A stretch of DNA of 64,000 bases. Source: an uncultured delta proteobacterium (GTDB taxonomy: Bacteria > Desulfobacterota > Binatia > UBA9968). Both the position numbers and the translations under genes were made by a program. Location of the stretch: NCBI GenBank assembly GCA_963745835.1, contig CAVUZH010000019.1, positions 64,001 to 128,000 of the forward strand. The letters run 5' to 3'. The notes under the pieces were generated by a model, which did no database searches, was not told the origin of the DNA, and saw only the letters and a program-made list of their open reading frames with translations. Positions 10,457 to 18,407 of the stretch are shown one piece after another (positions within the stretch are counted from its first letter, which is position 1; the number at the start of each line of letters is the position of its first letter).

Positions 10457-10684
10457 ATGAGCAGCGAACCAGTCCTTATCTTCGGCCAAGATCTTTGACC
10501 CTATACTTCGGGAGCCCGTGAGGATTTCTCCCGTCGAAAAATTCCGTTCGAATACATCAACGTGCTCGAAGATGACGCCGGTCTGGCGCGTATGCTGAAA
10601 CACTCCAATGGCCGCCGCCAAATACCTGTAATCGTCGAGGCCGGCAAGATCACCATAGGTTTCGGCGGTAGCTGAGAGGTTTAA
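10457..10684 (+). CDS. Glutaredoxin-like selenoprotein with two in-frame TGA codons (UXX-star-like)
   Basis: RBS AAGGGAG then MSSEPVLIFGQDL-U-PYTSGAREDFSRRKIPFEYINVLEDDAGLARMLKHSNGRRQIPVIVEAGKITIGFGGS-U-EV*. TGA at 10496-10498 occupies the Cys slot of the Grx CPY motif; second TGA at 10673-10675; TAA at 10682-10684. Confidence 0.8.
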
Positions 10685-10726
10685 CGGCCGGCGGCGCTGG
10701 CAGGCATAGAGTCGAACGTTTATTTT

Positions 10727-11797
10727 ATGAATCACCAGGAAATCTTCGCGGATAAGATCGTCGCCGTCTTCGGCGGGAACACGGCTATCTCTTCTCTAAT
10801 ACCGCTCGCGGGGGATGCCTCGAGCCGGCGCTACTTCCGCGCTGTCATAAAATCCTCCGAAGCGCCAAAATCAGTGATCATCATGGAGCTCCCGGCTGGC
10901 AGTGCTCTGCCCCTCTCCAGTGAAGAGCTAGCCGTTTTCAAGCAAGCTCCTAAAGAATTGCCCTTCCTCAATATGCACCGATTTTTCAGCGGAATCGGTG
11001 TTCGGGTGCCCAAGCTTTACGCTCATTGGCAAAACGACGGCATTCTTCTGCTGGAAGATTTAGGCGATACAGCGTTATGGGACCGCGTCCAAGGCCTGCC
11101 CGAAGAAGAGGTCCTTAGCTGGTACGAAAAAGCCATCGACGAGCTTTTGATTCTACAAATCCGGGGCACAGCGGCCCGGGACGAAGACTGCGTTGCATTT
11201 CAGCAGCGATTCGATTTCCGGCTTTACATGTGGGAGTTCGAACATTTCCTCGAATACGGATTAGAGAAGCGGCCCGGCGCCCGGGTGGCCGGAACGGTAA
11301 TCGAGACGCTGCGAAGAATATTCTCGGACATAGCCCATCGCTTGGACCGCTATCCCAGTTGTCTAAACCACCGCGACTATCACAGCTGGAATCTGATGAT
11401 TCACGACGAAGCTGTGGCAGTAATAGATTTCCAAGACGCCTTGCTCGCGCCGCCGCAGTACGACTTGGCCTCGCTGCTGAATGATCGGATCACCGACAGT
11501 GTGATTAGACCCCATATCGAAGATCATCTTATGAGCTATTATTTACGCCAGCGCGGCGGTCTCGAAAATCGCGCTGTAGACGGTGACGATTTTCGTGAGA
11601 TCTATCTGCTCTCGGCGATTCAGCGCGATTTTAAGGTAGTCGGCCGGTTTTATTATCTCGATCTGGTAAAGGGTAAACCGGGATACCGGAAATTCATCCC
11701 GCCTACGGTCCGTCGATTGAAACGCAATTTGGCGCGCTTACCGCAGCTCGAACCGATCATCCCGATCCTGGCTGAGCACTACGAGGAGATGCGATGA
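10727..11797 (+). CDS. amgK: APH-family anomeric MurNAc/GlcNAc kinase (AmgK-like)
   Basis: GDASSRRYFR, LLEDLGD, HRDYHSWNLM, IDFQDA; coupled to a nucleotidyltransferase by an ATGA overlap. Confidence 0.85.
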   Translation: MNHQEIFADKIVAVFGGNTAISSLIPLAGDASSRRYFRAVIKSSEAPKSVIIMELPAGSALPLSSEELAVFKQAPKELPFLNMHRFFSGIGVRVPKLYAHWQNDGILLLEDLGDTALWDRVQGLPEEEVLSWYEKAIDELLILQIRGTAARDEDCVAFQQRFDFRLYMWEFEHFLEYGLEKRPGARVAGTVIETLRRIFSDIAHRLDRYPSCLNHRDYHSWNLMIHDEAVAVIDFQDALLAPPQYDLASLLNDRITDSVIRPHIEDHLMSYYLRQRGGLENRAVDGDDFREIYLLSAIQRDFKVVGRFYYLDLVKGKPGYRKFIPPTVRRLKRNLARLPQLEPIIPILAEHYEEMR

Positions 11798-12540
11798 AGG
11801 CGATGGTTTTGGCCGCCGGGCAAGGAACACGCCTGAGGCCGCTGACCGATACCCAGCCCAAAGCTCTGGTGCCGGTCGGCGGCCGGCCCATGATCGAGTA
11901 TTCGCTGCTGCTATTACGACACTATGGCATTCGCGATGTCGTCATCAACCTGCATCATCATGGCGAGCAGATCGAGAACCGGCTGGCCGACGGCAGTCAA
12001 CTTGGACTACAAATCAGTTATTCCATCGAGCCGGAGCTGTTGGATACCGGGGGCGGTCTGCTCAAAGCCAAGCCATTTTTGCAAAACGAGGCTTTCATCG
12101 TCATCAACACCGATGTCTTGATCGATTTGCATCTCGACGAGTTGCTAGAATTTCACCAAAAGCAACGAGCCGCGGCAACGTTGGTTTTGCGGCCTGATCG
12201 GGATGCGGACAGATACGGCTCGATGGACATCGACGAGCGAGATCGAATCTGCCGATTTCTCGAAACAAGAATGCCGACGCAGTCACCCGGGCCAATTCGC
12301 AAATTAATGTTCACCGGTGTACAGGTCCTCGAGCCGAAGGTCTTCGACTATATGGACTCGGAAACGGGAGCACATAAATTCAGCACGACCCGGCAGACTT
12401 ACCCGCGGATGCTGGCCGCCGGGCAACCTCTCTATGGTTTTTGCTTTGACGGATTTTGGCAGGATCTTGGAACCGCCGAACGCATCCGGCAAGCGGAGCA
12501 CAGCCTCGCGGGGGGCGAGGTAAGGCTCCATTACCTCTAG
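11794..12540 (+). CDS. murU: MurNAc-1-phosphate uridylyltransferase-like nucleotidyltransferase
   Basis: LAAGQGTRLRPLT...PK, LDTGGG, W-x-DLGT; paired with amgK. Confidence 0.8.
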   Translation: MKAMVLAAGQGTRLRPLTDTQPKALVPVGGRPMIEYSLLLLRHYGIRDVVINLHHHGEQIENRLADGSQLGLQISYSIEPELLDTGGGLLKAKPFLQNEAFIVINTDVLIDLHLDELLEFHQKQRAAATLVLRPDRDADRYGSMDIDERDRICRFLETRMPTQSPGPIRKLMFTGVQVLEPKVFDYMDSETGAHKFSTTRQTYPRMLAAGQPLYGFCFDGFWQDLGTAERIRQAEHSLAGGEVRLHYL

Positions 12541-12552
12541 TAGGGTGGAGCG

Positions 12553-13089
12553 CTACATTCTGGATTGACCCATTGTAATGATCCCGCATGCGGCTCTGTC
12601 GCCGGCATTGCCGGTAGGATCGGAGACGTAATCGTCGACGCCGACATGAATCACCAACGCGCTGCCGTCTTTGTCAAAAACCGATGTCGCGCCGGGTTTA
12701 AGCGTCATGCCATCGGTGAAAGCCTCAAAACGGCCCGTGCCATCCTTGGCAACAAGCATATTGGGTAGATCCCCTGCATGAGCGCCCTCGGCACTTTTGT
12801 GACCGTGTTTTTTTTGCGCCGGATTGAAATGGCCGCCGGCGCTGGTAAAGGCCGGCGCCTCGCATTTACCGACCGCGTGAACATGAACCGCGTGCAAACC
12901 CGGAGTGAGTCCCTTGACATCAAGGTTGACTGTGACTCCGCTCCCGATCTCGCGAAACGTGGCCATTCCGACCGTCTTGCCGTCCTTATCCTTGAGTTCG
13001 GCAGTCGCTTGAGATGCCGGCTGGGTCGACATCGAACAAGCCGCCGACAAGCTCAGTAAAATGGTTGCGCACAATAATTTTACAAACAT
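12553..13089 (-). CDS. sodC: Cu/Zn superoxide dismutase family lipoprotein
   Basis: HAVHVH, GGHFNP, HAGDLPN, GNAGDRAACG; lipobox LSAAC. Confidence 0.93.
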   Translation of the reverse strand: MFVKLLCATILLSLSAACSMSTQPASQATAELKDKDGKTVGMATFREIGSGVTVNLDVKGLTPGLHAVHVHAVGKCEAPAFTSAGGHFNPAQKKHGHKSAEGAHAGDLPNMLVAKDGTGRFEAFTDGMTLKPGATSVFDKDGSALVIHVGVDDYVSDPTGNAGDRAACGIITMGQSRM

Positions 13090-13129
13090 AACATCCCCCT
13101 TTGATTTCCTCAGAAGAATCTACCGGGAC

Positions 13130-13870
13130 TTAGAAAAAGGAGTCAACGAGCCGGCTCGAAACGTAGAAAATGGCAAACCCGAGCACCACCAGGAGAGTGA
13201 TCCAGCGCGATTTACCCGATTCGGAGAGCGGGACGAGCAGAGTCGCACCCACATAGATAAAGTTTCCGGCCGCGAATGCCAAGAGGACATCGGCAAAAAA
13301 CGGTTTAAGTTCCCAGGCCCAAAATGGCAGAACGACACCAATGATGGTGACAACCCCTAAGCTGCCACCGGCAACCATAGCGGACCAGCGGCTCCATCCC
13401 GCTGCACGCATGATCGCGGCGATCACAAAGCCCGCAGGAATTTCGTGCAGTAATACCGAGAGAAATATTAGTATTCCCAAATCGGTTTTGGCGATCATGC
13501 CCGCTCCGATAGCCAGTCCATCGATAAAGTCATGAACGTTGAATGCGACAAGGGATGCGAATCCGGCGGCGACCGGAAGAGGCACAGGGTGTTCATCTTC
13601 AGGCAAACTATGCAGGTGAACGTTGGTAAATTGTTCGATCAAGAACAGCGAGAGGTAGCCCACCGCCACATAGCCCGGCATCGACGGTCCCCGGGATAAG
13701 CTTTCCGGCAGCATCTCGAGCAGCGCCGCTGCCAGAATAAATCCACCACTTAAACCAAGCGCCGCCGCGGTAAAGCGGCGCGAGGGCTCGCGCTGGAGCA
13801 CCGCAAGAGCGCTGCCCAAGATATTGGCCAAGGCGGTTAACAATCCGAGCACGAGAGCGACACTAAGCAT
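13130..13870 (-). CDS. ZIP (ZupT) family divalent metal transporter
   Basis: HDFIDG and HEIPAG metal-site helices, His-containing loop; start reset to ATG 13870. Confidence 0.9.
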   Translation of the reverse strand: MLSVALVLGLLTALANILGSALAVLQREPSRRFTAAALGLSGGFILAAALLEMLPESLSRGPSMPGYVAVGYLSLFLIEQFTNVHLHSLPEDEHPVPLPVAAGFASLVAFNVHDFIDGLAIGAGMIAKTDLGILIFLSVLLHEIPAGFVIAAIMRAAGWSRWSAMVAGGSLGVVTIIGVVLPFWAWELKPFFADVLLAFAAGNFIYVGATLLVPLSESGKSRWITLLVVLGFAIFYVSSRLVDSFF

Positions 13871-13931
13871 CCGTCTCTTCTGACAAACTTGATCTTGGGA
13901 TGCAAATGATCGCTTAAGAAGGACGCTGACA

Positions 13932-14110
13932 GAGCGCCGGATTAAGCCAGAGAGGCTGTTCGGATTCACACAGCGAAGGGGTGCACGAGCACCGTCCCAC
14001 GCTGAGCTAAGCCGGCGGCAACAGCGACGTGAAGTCGTTAGGCGGTGTGGCGAGATGACCCTGTGGCCAAACGTCCAGCCTCGGTGATCGATAATGAACA
14101 CCCGGCGTTC
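13932..14110. ncRNA. Candidate structured RNA of about 180 nt, family unassigned
   Basis: Nested helices GAGCGCCGG/CCGGCGTTC and GAGGCTG/CAGCCTC, with internal hairpins CAGCG/CGCTG, GGTGC-ACGA-GCACC and AGCGAC-GTGAA-GTCGTT. Confidence 0.45.
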
Positions 14111-14209
14111 TACAGATTGTACTTGCAGATTAATTCACTGAAGCCCAATGGTCATACCCTGGCCAGCTTTGTTTTCTCCAGACAATTTCCGCTAGTATAG
14201 ACCCCGTAC

Positions 14210-16204
14210 GTGCCACCTAAACAAAAAACCCGGAAAACTTCTCGACGACAAACGAACCGCCCTTCCGGCCCAGGCGCCACGGCGCCGCTAGCTGAATTGC
14301 TCACCGGGCCTAACCCGCGGCTATTTGAACGCCCAGTCGTTCTGATCCTCGCCATCTTCTCGCTTCATGCGTTTGGATTGTTGTCTCTCTTCGATGTTCT
14401 TCCCGGCCTATACAATCCTGATCCAATCATCGAACAGGACTGGGGTCTGCATTTTCATCATCTCAAATCGTTGGAGACCTTTTGGCAACAGGACAGATCA
14501 TCCTGGGGGTATAATCCCCTGTTTATGGCGGGCTACCCGTCCAACACCATCCAAGATCTGAGCATCAAGCTGTTCGAGTTCCTTGCGCTCGCTTTGTCCT
14601 TAATTGCTTTAACGCCGATCCAGTGGTTCAAGATCTCGGCGTTTATCGCAATGGCGGCGATTCCATGGCTGATGTATTTCAGCGCGCGCAATCTGTTCGC
14701 GGGCGAACAAATCAGAAATACCGCGGCCGTGGCGGCGGCGCTTCTTGGAACGATTTATTGGTGGAATTCACTGCCTCGAGAAATGTTTTTTTACGGCATG
14801 ATCGGTTATCCGACCGCTGCTTATGCCACGATCCTGGGAGTTTCGCTGTTTTACCGTTTAGCGAACCAGCAAACATCCTGGCCTGTCCACCTTGCCTGGA
14901 TGCTATTTGCCATCGCCATCCTACCGCTCCACGTTCAGTCTCTGATCATTTTTCTGCCTTGCATTGCCGCCTTGTTAATCGCGCGGCCCAGGCTGATCCA
15001 GCGCTACCTGGTACTATCAACCGTCGGCGCAGCAACGATTTCACTCGCGTTGAACCTGGTCTGGATAATGCCCGCCTTCATCCATCGGGGCGATGATATT
15101 TCCGGAACTATTGTCGAGCAGCTGGCGCTGTTCGTGAGCGCCGACCCACTAACGTTGGTGAAGGATTATTTCGCGCCGAAGAATTACTGGTCATTTCGAC
15201 AAAGTTTTTGGGAGAAAGGCGTTCGCTTGATGCTGCTGATTCTCGGCACAACAGGCACGGTGAAGCTGCTGCGCCGCGGCGACAAAAATCTTGGAATTTT
15301 GCTCCTTGCCGGTTTGATCAGTCTTTTCCTGATAACTTATTTTAGTTTTCTTATTCCGGCTCTTCAGGCATGGCAGCCGATGCGTTTTAAAGTTCCCTTT
15401 GATCTTTTTCTGGCCATTGCCACTGCTTACGCGCTTGCGGATTGGCTCATGGCAAATACAGCAGCATCGCGTGTCTATTCCTATACAGTTCCATCTTTGC
15501 TGTTGGCCGCGAGCGTCACTTTCCTGATCAATCTCGTCCACACCGAGTCTCAAGGTAAACTTAGGCTGCGAACTCTCATCCGTCCTGAGATCGCCGAGAT
15601 AGCGCGCTGGGTGCAACAAAACACGCCTGACGAGGCCCGCGTTCTGTTTGAAGAATCAGGCGACGAAACCGGTTTCGTGTACGACGGCATGTATTTATCC
15701 TCTTTCATTCCCCACTGGACCGGTCGCGCGCTGATCGGCGGGCCCATCAATCTCTACAACGATCGGCACCACTTCGCGGAATTTCACTCGGGCAGATTAT
15801 TGGGACGAGATATACAGGGTTTGACGGACGACGAGATCAAAAAGTATTTTCGGCTCTACAACATCGGCGCGATAGTTGCCTTTCACCCGGCCTCGATCAA
15901 ACGGCTACGGTCGATTCCCGGATTAATCACACTCGACCGAAGACTGGGGCCCGTGCATCTCATGAGGGTGAACCAGCCGTTGGATTGGTTTGTACAGGGA
16001 CAGGGGCAGATAATAGCCAGACTCAATCGCCTGGAAGTCTCGAGCAGCGGAGCTAAGGAAGTGATTTTGAAATACCATTGGCTGGACGGGCTGGTCAGCA
16101 ACCCGCCGGCAACCATCATCCCGATTATGATTTATGACGATCCGATCCCCTTCATCAAGGTGATCGATCCGCCGGGATCTTTTACGTTAAAAATCGGACG
16201 CTAG
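14210..16204 (+). CDS. Polytopic membrane protein, probable GT-C fold glycosyltransferase
   Basis: Many TM segments; first loop EQDWGLH...WGYNPLFMAGYP is typical of GT-C/YfhO-like proteins; soluble C-terminal domain. Confidence 0.6.
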   Translation: MPPKQKTRKTSRRQTNRPSGPGATAPLAELLTGPNPRLFERPVVLILAIFSLHAFGLLSLFDVLPGLYNPDPIIEQDWGLHFHHLKSLETFWQQDRSSWGYNPLFMAGYPSNTIQDLSIKLFEFLALALSLIALTPIQWFKISAFIAMAAIPWLMYFSARNLFAGEQIRNTAAVAAALLGTIYWWNSLPREMFFYGMIGYPTAAYATILGVSLFYRLANQQTSWPVHLAWMLFAIAILPLHVQSLIIFLPCIAALLIARPRLIQRYLVLSTVGAATISLALNLVWIMPAFIHRGDDISGTIVEQLALFVSADPLTLVKDYFAPKNYWSFRQSFWEKGVRLMLLILGTTGTVKLLRRGDKNLGILLLAGLISLFLITYFSFLIPALQAWQPMRFKVPFDLFLAIATAYALADWLMANTAASRVYSYTVPSLLLAASVTFLINLVHTESQGKLRLRTLIRPEIAEIARWVQQNTPDEARVLFEESGDETGFVYDGMYLSSFIPHWTGRALIGGPINLYNDRHHFAEFHSGRLLGRDIQGLTDDEIKKYFRLYNIGAIVAFHPASIKRLRSIPGLITLDRRLGPVHLMRVNQPLDWFVQGQGQIIARLNRLEVSSSGAKEVILKYHWLDGLVSNPPATIIPIMIYDDPIPFIKVIDPPGSFTLKIGR

Positions 16205-16256
16205 AGGCTGATTCAAACTCACCCATCGGGCGGAGCAAGGCCTGTTCAAAGAACTG

Positions 16257-18329
16257 CTACGGAGCCTTAGGTCCGCCTCTTCTGGCACTGATCAGCCTGA
16301 TCGCTTCCTGATAATGCTCCATCGCCTCTTCTCTCTTCCCCTGAGCTGATAGGACTCGGGCAAGACTCTCGTGTGCGGCGGCCAGGTTTGCATCGATCTG
16401 CAGCGCGCTTTTGAAGGACTGCGCCGCCAAATCGAACCGATTCTGCGCCGCGTAAACGCTGCCAAGATAGAACCGAGCCTCTGCGGATTGCGGCCTGAGC
16501 CGGGCGGCCTCTCGCAACGGAGCATCAGCTTCATAGATGTTGCCTTGCTTCGCCAGGGCGACTCCGAGATTGAAATGCGCCCTGAAGATCGCTGGATCGA
16601 GCGCGATCGCCTTGCGAAATTGCTCGATGCCGGCCTGCAGATCACCTCGTTCGGCGAGAAGCTGTCCAAGATTGCTCCGGACCTCAGCATAGTTTGGATA
16701 GATCCGCAGCGCCTCTTCGAAATGTCGTTGCGCTAAAGCAAATTGACCACGACCAGCATAGAGGTTCCCGATGTTGTAATGGGCGACTCCGTAGCTCGGT
16801 TCTACTTCGATGGCCTTGAGCGCTGTTTGGATAGCCTCCTCGACTTTGCCCTGTTTGTAATAGGCATTGGACAGGTTGTTATAACCCCCGGCACCCGGCC
16901 CGCTAAATTCGAACATGGGCCAGTTGGTGAATATTGCGCAGGCGCAGAATACAGCGATCGTTCCGAACAGCGGACGCCAGCGTCCGTCTTTATAGAAGTG
17001 AATCATTTGCATCAAACCCGCGCCGGCAAAAAGGACCAGCAACGGGACCAGCGGAAAGCGATAACGGCCAAATACGTAGAAAACGGCGACACTTGCTGCA
17101 AGCGCCAGGATCATGACGTAGAGCAGCCACAATCGACGCCACCGTCCGAGTAAAACTAAGAGGCCAACAGCGGCGAAAGGGGCCAGAACTCCAAAATGGT
17201 TCAGCCGACCGAGCACGCCAAGCAACGATGACCACTGCCGATAGATGTAGAAATCATCCGAATCTTCTATCTCTCGGCCGTTCCATACCAGGACCCACTT
17301 CTTGGCCAGCAATCGCAGCCAATCGAACGGCTGTGTTTTGACGTAATCGAACGACTTGCCTAACCAGTGGCTGGATACCTCACCTGGGGAGAGACTGCGT
17401 TGCAACTCTCTTTCGGCCAATCGTTTAGCGTCGGGGCCTTCGAGTTGCGGCTCGCCGATCATGGCCCTGATCGACTTGTAGGTTCCGTCAGCGGCTGGAT
17501 TGTTGCCGATATAGAAGTTCGGCCCCAATTGCGAGGTCGTCAGTTTGAATTCCCCCCCCACAGCGAGATTGCGCAGCCCGACCGGCAGGAGGACCAAAAC
17601 TAAGCCGGCGAAGAACAAGCCAATCCGGCGCAGCCGCGCTGTTGGCGATAGCGCTGCGGAAGAGAACGCGATCCAGCACGGCACCACCAGGACCAAAATA
17701 AGCGCGTTCTCGCGCGACAAGGCTAAGAGACCAAGCACCGCACCGACACCAAACCACTTGGCCGGTTTCATTTCGTCGCTGACGCAAAAAATGAGAAACA
17801 AAATGGCCGTAAGTAAGAACAAATCAAGAATACTTTTTTCGATCAAGCCGTCGAAGAACAGCGCCGGCCCATAGCCGGCAAGAATGAATCCCGAAATGAT
17901 CCCTGCGTCACGTGAGAACAACTGTTGTCCGATCAAAAAGATCAACGAGCATGAAAGCGCCCCAAGCGTAATCTGTACGAGCCGTGCTAACCAAAGAGTT
18001 TCGCCGAAAAAGAATTGTAAGATTCCGAGAAAATAGGGATACAAAGGAGCTTGGTAGAAAACTCCCGCGCCCAGCCAGTCCCCCGCCGCGATCCGCTGGC
18101 CCCACTCGTGGTAAGTCCTGGCGTCGCCGGCGAGATGATAGAAGAGCGGGATGGATTCGATTTGAAAAAGGTAAATAAGACGAAGCGCAAAGGCTATAGC
18201 GAAAATAGTGGCAAACCAGAAACGATTGGTGCCATGTAGTGAGCGGTTCAGGGATGCGGGAGGAGCCCCTTTGTCGATCTTCTGATCGGTCGATGATCGT
18301 TTTCGTTTTGGTGATGGCTTGTTTAGCAA
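16257..18329 (-). CDS. PMT/ArnT-like (GT39-type) membrane glycosyltransferase fused to TPR repeats
   Basis: GDARTYHEW...FYQAPLYPYFL, SRENAL, GPNFYIGNNP, RYRFP; C-terminal TPR array. The start is a TTG. Confidence 0.8.
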   Translation of the reverse strand: MLNKPSPKRKRSSTDQKIDKGAPPASLNRSLHGTNRFWFATIFAIAFALRLIYLFQIESIPLFYHLAGDARTYHEWGQRIAAGDWLGAGVFYQAPLYPYFLGILQFFFGETLWLARLVQITLGALSCSLIFLIGQQLFSRDAGIISGFILAGYGPALFFDGLIEKSILDLFLLTAILFLIFCVSDEMKPAKWFGVGAVLGLLALSRENALILVLVVPCWIAFSSAALSPTARLRRIGLFFAGLVLVLLPVGLRNLAVGGEFKLTTSQLGPNFYIGNNPAADGTYKSIRAMIGEPQLEGPDAKRLAERELQRSLSPGEVSSHWLGKSFDYVKTQPFDWLRLLAKKWVLVWNGREIEDSDDFYIYRQWSSLLGVLGRLNHFGVLAPFAAVGLLVLLGRWRRLWLLYVMILALAASVAVFYVFGRYRFPLVPLLVLFAGAGLMQMIHFYKDGRWRPLFGTIAVFCACAIFTNWPMFEFSGPGAGGYNNLSNAYYKQGKVEEAIQTALKAIEVEPSYGVAHYNIGNLYAGRGQFALAQRHFEEALRIYPNYAEVRSNLGQLLAERGDLQAGIEQFRKAIALDPAIFRAHFNLGVALAKQGNIYEADAPLREAARLRPQSAEARFYLGSVYAAQNRFDLAAQSFKSALQIDANLAAAHESLARVLSAQGKREEAMEHYQEAIRLISARRGGPKAP

Positions 18330-18362
18330 AGATTCCTCGTCGCTTCGCTCGCTCGGAATGAC
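18330..18362. repeat. REP-like imperfect palindrome
   Basis: AGATTCCTCGTCGCTTCGCTCGCTCGGAATGAC (reverse: GTCATTCCGAGCGAGCGAAGCGACGAGGAATCT). Confidence 0.6.
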
Positions 18363-18407
18363 AATCCGCTTTTCATTCGACCAAAAGGAAAAACTTTTCC
18401 CGCCGCG

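Noticed and set aside
10412-10735. 107-aa minus-strand ORF in the track
   Set aside because: No recognisable family; it is the antisense shadow of the Grx-like TGA-readthrough gene, which has an RBS and fold motifs.
14000-14070. Possible NiCo riboswitch or integron attC site (CTGAGC...GCGGCAACAG; GTTAGGC)
   Set aside because: Only partial motif matches; wrong strand to lead the ZIP gene; no inverse core site or integrase for an attC.
13871-14101. N-terminal extension of the ZIP ORF
   Set aside because: Not protein-like; it overlaps the structured element, and ZIP-like sequence begins at ATG 13870.
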